From positions 62,992,001 through 63,056,000 of the forward strand of contig OZ024747.1 in assembly GCA_964016885.1 (NCBI GenBank): a stretch of DNA of 64,000 nucleotides. Direction: 5' to 3'. Positions 38,443 to 53,573 of this stretch are shown here, piece by piece (within the stretch, counting starts at the first letter, position 1; each line of letters begins with the position of its first letter). Source of the DNA: Eledone cirrhosa (taxonomy: Eukaryota). A program made the translations under genes and the position numbers. A model generated the notes under the pieces. The model saw nothing but the letters and a program-made list of their open reading frames with translations. It was not told the DNA's origin and made no database searches.

Positions 38443-38674
38443 CAGAAATATACACATATCTATATAGATAGTGATATCCAGTAGATGATATGTTTATTGT
38501 TGGCTTTCTTTTCCGAGTGTATTGCTTACGTATAAGGCATTCAATGATTGCTTATGTTTGTTCTACATATGTATATAGTGATAGAATGTATAGATGTGTA
38601 TTGTAAGTGTATATATATTTAGGGTAGATATTGAAGGTGCCTAGACTGGTTGGAGCAGTAAAGGTCTTGTTTAC

Positions 38675-38723
<49 letters not shown>

Positions 38724-38799
38724 TGATAAAGGAAACAACAAAACAGAAACAAAAAGACTTATTATTTTCACGCTTATATGGAAAAGGGGAAAGAAAGTT

Positions 38800-39737
38800 C
38801 AATATATATATATATATATAAGCAAATATACATACATATATATATATAATATATATACACATATGTATATATATTATATATATATATGTATATGTATGTA
38901 TAATGTATATATATGTATATGTATGTATATGTATATATATGTATATGTATGTATATGTATATATATGTATGTATATATATATATGTATGTGTATGTATGT
39001 ATATGTATATATATGTATGTATGTATATGTATATATATGTATGTATGTATGTATATGTATATATATGTATGTATGTATGTATATGTATATATATATATGT
39101 ATATGTATGTATCATCATCATCATCATCATCATCAGGTTTAGCGTCCGTGTTCCACGCTTGCATGGGTTTGGACGGGGGTTTTCCCACTTGAGGCAAGAG
39201 TGGTTGTCTTGCTCGCATAGGACTGTCTGGCGGGTTTTCTACAGTTGGATGCCCTTCCTAACACCAACCACATTTACAGTGTGGGGCTGGGAGGTTTTTA
39301 CCGTGTTGCCTACACGGCCACATTACAGCGTGGACTGTCATGTATATATATGTGTATGTATGTATATGTATATATATGTATGTATATGTATATATATGTA
39401 TGTATGTATGTATATGTATATATATGTATGTATGTATGTATATGTATATGTATATATATATATGTATATGTATATATGTATATGTATATGTGTATATATG
39501 TATATGTATATATATGTATATGTATGTATGTATATGTATATATATGTGTATGTATATATATGTGTATGTATGTATATGTATATATATATGTATATGTATG
39601 TGTATATGTATATATATGTATGTGTATATGTATATATATGTGTATATGTATATATATGTATGTATGTATATTTATGTGTATATGTATATATATGTATGTA
39701 TGTATATAAGTATATATATACATATGTATGTATATAA

Positions 39738-39808
<71 letters not shown>

Positions 39809-40810
39809 TATATATATATGTATGAGTATGTATATATATATATGACGTTTATGATTTATAGATGCTTTGTTAGGTTGATTACTCACTATTATATGCTTGT
39901 ATTGGTTTAATATTTTAAGCACTCTGTAAAGTTGATTTTACAGATATTCTCATATTCTCCCAGCTTCCATAGCAATTCCATTTTCTATCTGACAACTTCG
40001 ATGAATTTACATTTGATTTATTACAATATATACATAGAGGGGGGATGGGCAAAGGTGGAAAGGGGAAGCAATGTTATATCGTATTGTATCAGATCATCAT
40101 TATTAGCATATAAATATGTTTTTCTCTTCATCTCTCTCTCTTTCTCTCTCCCTTTCTCTGCCTCTCTCTCCCTCTCCCCCTCTCTCTCTCCCCTACGGTG
40201 TATATATATGTGTATATATACATATATATATCTAGAAATATACACACACATATATATATATATATATATATGCATATATGTATATGTGTGTATTTGTGTG
40301 TGTGTGTGTATATATATATGTGTGTGTGGGTGTATATATATGTGTGTGTATATGTATATATATGTGTGTGTATATATATATATGTGTGTGTATATATATA
40401 TATATGTGTGTGTATATATATATATATATATATGTGTGTGTATATATATGTGTGTGTGTGTATATATATATGTGTGTGTGTGTATATATATATGTGTGTG
40501 AATGTGTATATATATATATATGTGTGTGTATATATATATGTGTGTGCGTATATATATATATGTGTGTGTGTGTGTATATATATATGTGTGTGTGTATATA
40601 TATATGTGTGTGTGTGTATATATATATGTGTGTGAATGTGTATATATATATATATATGTGTGTGTGTGTATATATATATGTGTGTGCGTATATATATATA
40701 TGTGTGTGTGTATATATATATGTGTGTGTATATATATATATATATGTGTGTGTATATATATATATGTGTGTGTGTGTGTATATATATATGTGTGTGTGTG
40801 TATATATATA

Positions 40811-40844
<34 letters not shown>

Positions 40845-41332
40845 ATCTGCTCTCTCTCCTTCATTACTTTCATTCATATATTTATTCATTTATATTTCAA
40901 CTTAATCTTTTCCCTCCCTTTTTTCCATCTCTAAAATTAATAATTTTTCTATAACCAGTTGATTTTTATTCTTTTACCCATGGAAGTTAAGCTTTGAACT
41001 GTCTGTTCTGTATATATTTTTTGTTTTTCATATTTACAATATTTGTATTTTATTTTTAATTTTCATTTAAACTTTTTTTCATATATTTGTTGTTTGTATG
41101 TTTATTTGATTATTTTTTTTGTTGTGTTGATGATGTTGATATTGGTGTTACACTATCTTTTCAACAAACAATAAATAGTTCAAACATGATCAAAGTATCT
41201 CAGAATTTTCCTTTTAAGTAATTTCAACATATAAGAATAGACATACATGTATATATATGTGTGTCTGTCTGTATGTATATCACTGTATGAATATATAAAC
41301 ATGTATATATTTATTTATGTTTATGTTTGCAG

Positions 41333-41376
<44 letters not shown>

Positions 41377-41415
41377 ATATAATATGTGTATATATATATA
41401 TATATATACATACTC

Positions 41416-41484
<69 letters not shown>

Positions 41485-41618
41485 CTCATATATATACATA
41501 TATATATATATGAGTGTATGTATATATGCACGTGTATGTAAATATATATATATATATATATGAATGTGTGTGTGTATGTGTCCATGTTTGCATGTGAGAG
41601 TGTGTATATATGTTTGTG

Positions 41619-41660
<42 letters not shown>
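38800..41660. repeat. Large compound microsatellite field, (TATG)n/(TA)n/(TG)n with short unique islands
   Basis: Direct inspection; source of many spurious Y/I/M/V/C ORFs. Confidence 0.95.
39111..39340 (-). mobile_element. 5'-truncated SINE with RTE-type (GAT)n tail
   Basis: (CAT)n then ccacgcttgcatggg..ggatgcccttcctaacaccaacc; homologous to 62555-62830. Confidence 0.8.
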
Positions 41661-42772
41661 TAAGATAGATGTGTTGTTCAATGACCCATTAATTAAATTG
41701 TATTTTCTGAGGAAAACTTATTTTTCTTTTTTTCCCCACTCCAATTTTTTTTATTCATTATATATTCGGTTTTCTAGAAAATATTAATATATTTTATATT
41801 CCACATAATAATTTATTTCAGTCAGACTCAAAAGACATATATTTTGTAAATACTGCTTCATAACTCCACTCTTCGTGGGCACATACTGTCCCCATGATAT
41901 AAGGTACCCCGTACACTCTGCAAATGGTTATTCTTCATGCCATGATAAAATGACCCAGTAGAAGCTGTAAAATGTTTTGTGTAAGGAAGGACATCGATAT
42001 GTAGAAACCATACCCAAAATGAAATATATGAGCATGCTTGCATTGGTTAGAGCATGTCATATTTCATCTTTAGTGAAATCTGACATCCTCAGATCAACCA
42101 TCACTACACCTATCCACACCAGTCTTCTTCTTTTGCATAATTTTCCCAATGTTGTCTAATAAGCCTTTTACCTTCAACTATCATTCTTCATGTGATCATC
42201 TGCTGTATTGGTGGGGTGTTTAGCTAGTAGATCAAGCCTAAGCCAGGAGAGCCAAACACAAGTCATTCAATATCTGATGCCCCCCTCATAAAGGGGGAGA
42301 GAGAGCGAGAAAATCAATTTATGTAGGGTATTGGAGAGTGAGAGTTTTACAATAATATATAATAATAATTAAGGCCTGTAAGATGAGGATGGTTAAGCTT
42401 GCCATTAATCCTAAGGTCTGAAGGACCATAAAAGAACCTGTGAATATCTGATGCCCCTTCCTCTAAAAATAAAAGCCTTTCAGCCCCCTTGTATTTAGAG
42501 AGGAACTCCTCCACCATTCTTCCAGGTTTATAAGCAGTCAAAAATTCTTTACAAAAATTCTCACAAAAACCACCATCATGCCGTCTCCATATCAGTGCAA
42601 TCTTCTCTACACATTATGGCTACTAATTCTAATGTTCTGTCTTTCTGGGACTTAGAGTTATCAGTCAATGAAGAGAAAATAAAAACAACTAAACTGCTGC
42701 TTTCAAATAAAATTAATATGTCATATTTTTCTACTCAGAATTAGACATGTGAAGCTCTGTGCCTTATTTCAC

Positions 42773-42979
42773 ACTTTAACATTTACATTACTTTATATTT
42801 ATTATTGTATTTTCAAGGTAAAGGCTTTATCTCACATAATATCAAATCTGTGAGATTTTGATATTATTCATTTTGAGAACAATTGATTAATATCAGTATG
42901 AGTGGCTAGGTGCGATTGGTTTGAACAGAAATAGATGAGAGAATTCTGGTCAGATACAACCAGTTTAAATGTTAAATGG
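42773..42979. mobile_element. piggyBac-like MITE copy, diverged
   Basis: Reverse-orientation homolog of 14050-14273; TTAA at right. Confidence 0.7.
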
Positions 42980-44444
42980 TTAAATTCAAATAAGGATTGG
43001 ATTCCAGACGGGCCTCGGGTTATAGAGAACTTCGTCATAAAAGTATCATGAAATCTCTTCCAATATATAAAATCAGATGTAACACTGATGGTGATGATAA
43101 TGATGATGACTAGTAGTTGCAGCCATATTTTACAAACATTGTGCTGGAGAAGGAGAAGAGCAATAAGAATGATAGGTGTTAAAAGATTTACAACGGGAGA
43201 TGTCTGACAATAACAGATGAGTTAGTTTTCCATCAGATACATCCAAAATATTCTAATAATAGAAGTGATTTAAAATATTAGCTGTAAAATAATGTAGCTT
43301 TGTTTCAGTCAAGAGATAGTGTAGATTGATAGACATGACTTATTTGTTGTTTCCTATCTTTATTTTGTCAGTTAAATACGGTATTGAAAACTTGTACAAT
43401 CTTTCATTAAATATAAATTAAGCTTTCAAACAAGGTTTTGCTCCAATATGGCCCTACCTGGGATATATACAAATCAAAATGAAGAAAATAAGTAAAAGAA
43501 AAACTATGACTGTTCATGTCAATATATAATAATTTGCGTTTTATTTTTGTTAATTATATATTATAGTTGGGTTTATGTCAAACAAAATGAAGTTGACAAA
43601 AGATAAATATATGGTTTCATTGTGTTCAGACTTGGTGTATATCTATATATTTATTTACCACACCACATTAATACTTCACATACTCTTTAATATCAGTCTA
43701 TTACAGATGCTGTTTCTTTGAGATATATGAATTCATTATTGCAAGACATTAACTACAAGTCTCTCTTTCAAATGGGATACACCCAACAAAAGATAAATTA
43801 TGTTAATATAATTGCAGACATAGCTGTGTGATTAAAGAGTTTGATTTGTGACCACGTGGTTTTGAGACTGGTTTCACTGCATGGCACCTTAGATAAGTGT
43901 GTTCTATAATCTCAGCTTGACCAATACAAGTGAGTGAAATTTGGCAGACAGAAACTCTGTGGAAGCATATGTATATATGTATGTATGTGTATGTCCAACC
44001 TTTGTTAGCAAGGAAAGCAGATGATAATGATGATGATACTTATGCATGTGTGCAGTCATATCTCTGTTTGTTTCTATTTACTGTTTATTTATGTCTTGTA
44101 ATTAAGAAGTTTGATAAAAATGAGATTGATAAAATAAGTACAGGTGATGATATGATTAACTTAAATCCCTTCAAGGTGGTGCCCCAGCATGGCAACAATC
44201 AAATAACTGAAACTAGTATAAGAATAAAAGAATATGCTGATAATGGATCCTCTATTGGTTTTGATGAAGAGAATTCAGTTGTTTGAATCAACTGAACGCC
44301 AGATTTGAGAATTAATGTGTTAAGTGCTGGAACACTATACAGTAGACACATGTACACTGACTCTAATTTATAGGTTGATTCAGTGTGATTTATGTTACAA
44401 GTTTGGAGATTTGAATTATAGGTACAGTCTATATTATGTTATAA

Positions 44445-44840
44445 TTGTTTCTACTTTTTGGCACAAGGCCAGCAATTATCCCAGTGCATTACTGGTACTT
44501 TATTTTATCGACCTCCTTAAGGATGAAAGGCAAAGTTAACCTCGCCGGGATTTGAACTCAGTCCGTAAAGGGAAGTAACTCTTTGCTGCAAAGCATCGCG
44601 TCCGACCCTCTACCGATACTGCCAATCCACCGCCCTATATTATGTTATAACTGTTTCTACTTTAGGCACAAGGCCAGCAATTACCCAGTGCATTACTGGT
44701 ACTTTATTTTATCGACCTCCGTAAGGATGAAAGGCAAAGTTAACCTCGCCGGGATTTGAACTCAGTCCATAAAGAGAAGTAACTCTTTGCTGCAAAGCAT
44801 GGCGTCCGACCCTCTACCGATACTGCCAATTCACTGCCCT
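44445..44840 (-). mobile_element. Tandem dimer of SINE family B
   Basis: Two full copies, 206-bp period, tattatgttataa before, between and after. Confidence 0.92.
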
Positions 44841-45575
44841 TATTATTATGTTATAACATAAGTGATTAAGTATTCCACAAACACACATAGTAGTGATTGT
44901 CATTGCTGTTGTGGTGGCAGTGGTGTTGTTGCTGTGGTAGTGGTGATAGGAAGGTGGTTATGCTCTTCTCTCAATTTACTGTAGTCAGAATTGGGTGAGG
45001 AATGAAATCTACCAAGGAAGTAGATCATAACAGGACTTGATCACCGAACATACAGAGCTGAAACAAATATGACATTGTACCTTATCCTAACACTCTAGCA
45101 ATTTTGTCAATCCACTGCCCAAGTTAAAGAAAAAAGTTAGTCTGTCATGAGCCCCAGTGCTCATTAGGGCACAGGTTATCCTGGTTTCAATTGTCTTAAG
45201 TGACTGAGAGTACAAAACCCTCCCTTGGTCAGGACGCCAGCTGCTCCACTCTCTCCAGGAATCAATCTACAACATTATGATCATAAGTCCCAAACCCTAA
45301 CCACTTGACTAGATCTTTATTTATTGACATTGAAAGGTTCGAGGAATTTAGTATTAAATATTAACTCTATTCAATGTAGTGTTGTCGGATGTCATAATAT
45401 ATAGAAAGTAATATTAATAAAAGTATTGCATCTGAAAAATAAGGTTTCACATAAAAGCTGTTATAAAGAAATGCTAAGGTTTAAATGACAAAGACATTAT
45501 GATGTTTGTCTAAGTGAAACTGTGTGTGTGTGTAATCTTTAACTCTACAAAATACTTCAGCAATGCTGCTATAGG

Positions 45576-45855
45576 GGAGGTGCATGGCCTAGAGGTAAGG
45601 GTATTTGATTTATGATCATAATGTAGTGGATTCGATTCCTGGGCCGGGTTGTGTATTGTGTTCTTGAGCAAAACATTTCATTTCACGTTGCTCCAGTATA
45701 CTCAGCTGAAAATGAGTATAAGCAATAACTGGGGATTTAACCCTGTGATGGGCTGGCATCCTGCCCAGGGGCAAGTCCTGTACTCTCAGTCTCTTCACGC
45801 CATGAAACCTGGAGCACTGGTCTAACAAGCCTTCTGTGTTAAGACAGACTTTAAA
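45576..45855 (+). mobile_element. Older tRNA/CORE-like SINE (different tail from family A)
   Basis: ggaggtgcatggcctagagg..gattcgattcct..cttgagcaaaacatttc; related copies at about 37650-37905(-), 48389-48520, 48655-48925, 53010-53285. Confidence 0.8.
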
Positions 45856-46621
45856 TGCTGGTATAGTCACTGCCTCCATCTCTCTCACTCTCTCCATCTT
45901 TCTCACTCTCTCCACCCCTCACTATTATAAGCAAATGGATGAAAGGTGAAGTTGACTTCAGCTGGATTTGAACTGAGAAAACAAAAACCTGGAACAAATA
46001 CCACAAGTCAACTCATCCTGACACTGACAATTTTTGTCAATTCAATATACTAGGTTATTAGATTATTTTATAGACCTCACCACCCAAAAGATTAAAAGGC
46101 AAAGTTGACCTTGGGTAGATTTGAACTTAGAGCAGAAATACAGAAAAGCATTTTATCTAATACTCTAACAAATCTGCACATTCACAATGGATAGATGGAA
46201 AGATGGAATAAAATGTTTTATGGAAAGAACATAAATTAGAGGAAACATTATGCAAGTGACAAAGAAAAATATTGACTTTCGGTTGACACTGTTACCAGAG
46301 GTCAGATTTGACATGTCACTTACAGAATTTCAGAACATATGAGAATAAATGAATATAATAATGATAATGGTAATAATAATAATAAGATGATTCATTGACA
46401 TATATTTGTTTTATACAATTGAGATTTGAAATAACTGTAAAATAAAAATTTATAGAAATAGGAAAAGGTGAAATGTTGTAAAGCTTAATCCCAGTCTGAC
46501 AATAACTTTCTGAGAAAAAAATATTACTCAATTAAAATAATGATTGCTTTTGTAGAATTTCAAATGATACATACAAAAGTTATTGATTATTTTACTCTAA
46601 CTAATATGTTAATAGTAATAA

Positions 46622-47505
46622 TAATTGTTTCTACTTTTGGCACAAGGTCAGCAATTACCCAGTGCATTACTGGTACTTTATTTTATCGACCCCGTAAGGA
46701 TGAATGGCAAAGTTAACTTTGGCGGGATTTGAACTCAGACCGTAAAGGGACGTAACTATGCTAGAAAGCATGGCATCTGACCCACTACTGATACTGCCAA
46801 TTCACCGCCCTTACGCAACATAGAATTACGGAGTTCAATTCCTGCCAAGGTTAGCTTTACCTTTGATTCTTACAGAGTCGATAAAATAAAGCACCAGTAA
46901 TGCACTGGGGTCGATTTAATCGACTCTTCCCCTCCCCTCCCCACTAAATTGCTGGCTTTATAATAATAATAATTTCTAATAATAATAATTTCTAGTAATA
47001 ATAATTGTTTCTACTTTAGGCACAAGGCCAGCAATTACCCAGTGCATTACTGGTACTTTATTTTATCGACCCCGTAAGGATGAAAGGCAAAGTCAACCTT
47101 GGCGGGATTTGAACTCACTGCCAATCCACTGCCCTTTCTATTATTTCTAGTAATAATAATGATTTCTATTATAGGCACAAGGCCAGCAATTTGGTGGGGA
47201 GAGGAAGAGTCAATTAAATCGACCCCAGTGCATTACTGGTGCTTTATTTTATTGACTCTGTAAGAATCAAAGGCAAAGCTAACCTTGGCAGGAATTGAAC
47301 TCCGTAATTCTATGTTGCGAAGCACGTTGTCTGACGCTCTACCGATTCTGCCAATGGTTTCTGATTTAGGCACAAGGCAAATAATTTTTGGAGAAGGGGA
47401 AAATGGATTAAATCAACCCTAATGTGTAACTGGTACTTTATTTTATTGAGACCATGAGGTTGAAAGGCAAAGCTAACCTCGGCGGGATTTGAACTCAGAA
47501 TGTAA
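46622..47505. mobile_element. Cluster of five SINE family B copies or fragments in both orientations
   Basis: Family B centre seen five times; (AAT)n linkers. Confidence 0.88.
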
Positions 47506-47529
47506 ATAATAATAACAGATAGATGGGGT

Positions 47530-47720
47530 GCAAATGAAAACAAACAAGAAATAACAACAGAAATTGCGAAAAACGTAAACAAACCTCTAGAATACAATGT
47601 TAAAATGATGGCAAGAAAGCCCTTACATGGCCAATACCTGTAGAGGCTGAATAGAGAGGAAGTAGACAAGAAAATTACACAAAACTGATTACAATTTTTA
47701 AAATATTGAACAGTTACAAA
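47530..47720 (+). pseudogene. Small R4/Dong-like LINE fragment
   Basis: KPLHGQYL*RLNREEVDKKITQN*L aligns by eye with QLHGQYVLCSKESNVDQTLTHQWV at about 10110-10185. Confidence 0.55.
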
Positions 47721-49015
47721 GAATTTGGAACTATAATTATTTTTCTCATAATTTAGCTGGTGTTTGGATCCTAATTTAGAATTTATCATCATCATCACTG
47801 TTTAAGGTCCATTTTTCCACACTGGCATTTTGGCTTGGTTTCTACAGTGAGTACTGGGTGCTTTTTGCTTTGACACCTACAATTATAATGGAAGATTTTA
47901 GATAAATTTATTCTTAAACAAATAGTTTTGTATCATAGGACCAAAAGAAAATTTGCATCATAAGTGTTACTAACATCAATAGCAATAATAGCAGTTTTGC
48001 TACCATTGCTAGCCTAAGGGAACGTCTCAATTTAGGTCAGTTCCCAAGATTTTAATTAAACCTTTCTTTGAAGATTTAATTATTATATTTATAAAGCTTT
48101 AGAGGAAATTATTAAAAGAAACACATAGTTTATGACTTTGCTGCTTTCATGTCTTTTATGTGATATTTCTTCATGATTTTCTTGGCTTTCACAAGATTTA
48201 AGATAATAAATGGGTTAACATTAAAACAATATGGTGGTGTTGTGGTTTGTTTTAGAACTATGTTGTTTCATGGCTATCACAAGATTTAGGATAATAAATG
48301 TTAATTTTGAAACAATAAATGTAATTTTGAAAAAATGTGTGGTTTGCTTCAGAACTATATTGTTTCATGTTCTGTCTTACTGCACAGTGGAGGCACGTGG
48401 CCTCGTGGTTAAAGTGTTGGACTTGTGATCATTATGTTGTAGGTTTGATTCCTAGAAGGGTTGTGTGATGTGTTCTTGAGCAAAACACTTCATTTTATGT
48501 TACTCCTAATGGCCAAAACACTTCATTTTATGTTACTCCTAATGGCCAGTAACACTAACTACTATACTGTATATTTGATAATGTAATCCTAGATACACTA
48601 TGTCTGATGGCCAGTAGCACTAACTACTATATTGGGTAATGTAGTCATAGACAGTGGAGGTGAGTGGCCTAATGCGATCATAATGTTGTAGGTTTGATTC
48701 CTGGAGTGGGTTGTGTAGTGTGTTCTTGAGCAAAACACTTTATTTGAAGTTGCTCCAGTATACTCCACTGTAAATGAGTACCAGAAATAGTTGGAAGTTT
48801 AACTCTGCAATGAACTGACGTCCTGTCCAGGAGGGAGTCTTGTACACTCAGTCACTTAATGCCACAAAAACCAGGATATGCACCAGCCTGATGAGCCTCC
48901 TGGCTCAAGACAGATTTTAGACTTTAGACCTATTGTATATCACCATAGACAAATATCTTTAATTATAGCTCCTGGCTTTGAGAGAATTTGGTAGATAGAA
49001 ACAGTAAGGAATCTT

Positions 49016-49220
49016 ATCATCATCAACATCATCATCATCATCATCATCATCACCGTTTTACGTCCTTTCTTCCACGCTAGCATGGGTTAGACGGGTTGTC
49101 CTCTTGTGGGCAGTGTCTGGTCGGCTGACCATGCCTTGCCCATACAGGAACTGATTTGGGTCTCCCCACTCCCCGGTTTCCATCGACTTCTAGTGCTCTG
49201 CACCTTTTTATGCAGCTGTC
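49016..49220 (-). mobile_element. RTE LINE 3' fragment with (GAT)n tail
   Basis: DDSCIKRCRALEVDGNRGVGRPK then cccatgctagcgtggaag..ggacgtaaaacggtgatgatg. Confidence 0.75.
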
Positions 49221-51205
49221 ATCCAATTTATACAATATATACAATTTATGCATATTTCTCCAAGATGGCTGACAGAATACAAACGTGTATTTTTTTTCAA
49301 AAATTATTTTACATTCCTTCCTCTTCTCACTGCCATTCTTTCTATTTCGTCTTTTATTTCTCATTCTATCTTCTGATGAAGGACTTGTGCCCCAAACATA
49401 AACATTTTTTTCTACTAGACTAAGCATTAAATTAATGAAGTGTTGTTTGCTTTTCACACACACATATATATATATTTTTATACAATTGTACTTGTGTGTG
49501 TACATGTGTGTACATGCATGTATGTATCCATGTATGTATATGAATGTGTATCTGTGTGTATGCTAATAATTTCAAACATTGTATTGATACCATTCATAAA
49601 ATGCTACAATGACTTTATTTCCCTCATAAAAATATGACCTGCAGTTTAACGGTTTGTTGAACATTAGTAGAATGTATACTGTACTTATATAAACAAACTT
49701 ATGGGTTGGCATCAGGAAGATCATCCAATTTATAGAGAAATCCTGCCTCAAAAAGTCTCATCCCAACCCATGCAAGCATGGAGAAAGCAGTAGTAAGAAA
49801 TGATAACAATGATTTGTAATTTTATACAATATTCTAGCATCCTAAACATTTTTGGCTTTCATGTATAAATTCAGGTTTAGAATAGAAAAAAAAAAAAGGT
49901 TTATGCATTTGAAATGAGTGAGTAATTTAAAATAATATTTAATTCATATCCCCTGATACAAAATTCCCTATCATACCAAATATAATATTCTAGAATCCTG
50001 AAAATTGCTGGCTTTCATGTACAACTTCATGTTGGAAATAAAAAATGATTTATGCGTTTCAAATGACTGAGTGAAAAAAAAAAAAAAAAAATTTCTAATA
50101 AATTCTAGAAAAATGAAATTATAAATTATGGAAGCTTTAACCAAGTTAAGTTTTTGAGTTAACTGCCATGTAACAGATGCATCATCATCATCACCACTGC
50201 CACCACCACCATTATAATCTTCATTTTCTTTGCCCCCACCATCCATCACTATCATTATTATCATCACTGGCACCATTGTCATCACCATCACCATCACCAC
50301 CATCACCATCATCATCATATCCACATTTTGATGCTTCCATGGACTGGTCAATATGATTTCTTTGAGGCAATATTTTGCAACTAGCTGCCTTTCTTGTTGC
50401 CAACTCTTATTTTTAAGTATGTTACACTTATCCCAAAAATCTTCACATGTTAAACTGCTGAACTGCAGGACATAATCAAATGGTACCATTTTGGGGTTAA
50501 GTTTAGATTTTATTGTTTGGGATTAAAGAAATGTCTAATATTTGTTTTGAAAACTGTAAGTCCTATTTAGTAAAAATATATATACAAACCATGATGCTCT
50601 CATCATTTATGGATGTTGTTGGACCTCTGTTGATTCTAACAATGAAAGTTTCTGTTGCTTAGTCTATAAAATAGCCTTCTTGGGAAATTAATATGTCCAC
50701 AGACACATGTACCCATAGTGTACTCCTCAGGGAGATTCAGCATGACACAAGGCTTTTTTGAATTACAGATATGACTAATTTTTTTCCAGTTTAATAGACT
50801 GGAGGAATGTGAAATAAAGTACCTTGCTTAAGGACACAATGCACTAATGGAATCCAACTTATGGCCTTCCGATCAAAAGTGGAACACGCTAACCATTAAG
50901 CTACGTCTTCCCATTCAAATCTTTTACTGTGATATATACAACAACAACAAAGGTTTTAAGTTAATTTATCCTTCTAAAACAAGAGTTGACTATGTGAAGC
51001 TCCATGAGAGACTTAATACACATCATGCTGTATCAGGCATTTTATAAAAAAACTGAGCTGTATTTCAAAAGAAAAAAATTTAACTCTATTGTCAAGAGCC
51101 AAGCCAAAAGCAGCTCAGTTTCTATGGAACAAAACCATCCATTTAATAGATTTCTGTTTAATTTTAAGTCTTCCAATCTAATTTTATATAAAACCTTTTT
51201 GTTAC

Positions 51206-51306
51206 ATTACGAATTCCAACAAAATGATTTTAGGAGATTCCCCCCAAATTATGCATTGATTAATTTGTGGGGAATCTCCTAAAATCATTTTGTTGGAATT
51301 CGTAAT
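51206..51306. repeat. Near-perfect hairpin, 46-bp arms (1 mismatch), 9-nt loop
   Basis: attacgaattccaacaaaatgattttaggagattcccc.. and its reverse complement. Confidence 0.95.
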
Positions 51307-51515
51307 TTAAATACTGTGTATTTTATCCAAAATATAGTAAAGAAAGGGTTAAATGAAATGATTTACTCTGTCATTTCTAAATGTGATATGAGATGTGCAA
51401 TTTAAGGAAGTTATTTTACTCAGCAGTAAAAGAAGCCATTTATGTTTTGTATTTCATACGAAATCTTTGAAATCTCTATGTAATTTATGATCTAGAATTT
51501 GATAGGATAGGTGTC

Positions 51516-51555
<40 letters not shown>

Positions 51556-51919
51556 TGTATGTGTGATTGCATGTGTATGTTTTGTGTGTATATGTATTTG
51601 GGTGTGTGTTTTGGTGTGACTTTCATATGTATATGTGTATAAATGTGTATATATATTTGGATGTGTTTAAATGTGTGTTTTGGTATGATTTTGAGATGTG
51701 TATGCATACATGTCTATATATATTTGGCTGTATTCAAGTGTGTATGTGTGCTTTGGTATGATTTTATGATGTGTGTATGGGAGAGTAGGTGTGTGTGTGA
51801 GTGTGTATATTCTTATTGTGTTGAAGTAAAATCATATTATAGGTCTTATTGCTTGAATAGTTTCATGATAAGTTGTTTGTATTGGATGGATGACTAGAGT
51901 AATTACTAAAATACACTGA

Positions 51920-52743
<824 letters not shown>

Positions 52744-53359
52744 AGTAAGTATATGTTCATAATTGTGTATATATTTGTAAGTAAGAATCAGTTTTTCTTT
52801 CTAATATGTTATATTGAAAACACGACTGTGTTCCAGTTAGATATTATTTTTATTATGCATTTTCCATATTTTATTATTACTTAATTATGTTTAGCTTCAA
52901 ACAATAACTTTCCTCAATCAATGCATTCATAAATGTTTCAAAACCATCCCAGCACCATTTTCAGAATCAGACTGGTCATACCAGTGGCATACTCATTATG
53001 TTCTTGACACACAGCCTAGTGGTAAGGGTGTTGGACTTATAATCATAATGTGCGTTCAATCCCAGGACTGGCTTGTGTGTTGTGTTCTTGATCAAAACAC
53101 TTAATTTCCCATTGCTCCAGTATACTCAGCTGAAAATGAATGAGTATCAGCAATAGCTGGGGGTTTAGCCCTGTCATGGACTAGCCTTCTGTTCAGAGGT
53201 TGTCCTGTACTCTCAGTCACTTCATACCACGAAAATCAGGATAAACCCCAGCATGATAAGCCTCTAGGTTTGAGACAGAATTTAGACATTTATTGACTGT
53301 AAAGTACCGTGGGAGTGGTAAGAAGTAATAGACACCAATCTAAACATAAAGAACTAATA

Positions 53360-53573
53360 ATAGTTTCAGCCAAAGGCAAAAGGCCAGCAACGTTTGTGGA
53401 GAGTAAAATTGATTAAATCAACCTCAGTGCATTACTGGTGCTTATTTCATCAACACTGTAAGGATGAAAGGCAAAACTAACCTCAGCGGGATTTGAACGC
53501 AGAATGTAAAGGGCCATAACATGCTGCAAAGCATGTTGTCTGAAACTCTACCGATACTGGCAATCCTCCACCC
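53360..53573 (-). mobile_element. SINE family B (long variant)
   Basis: Family B centre and head. Confidence 0.8.

Noticed and set aside
38774-40954. Many 100-270 aa ORFs rich in Y/I/M/V/C/H/T (also 26030-26758, 51919-52640)
   Set aside because: Translations of TA/TG/CA microsatellites that lack stop codons
42347-42620. Higher-complexity - strand ORF (MTAYKPGR..)
   Set aside because: No recognisable motif or clear splice boundaries
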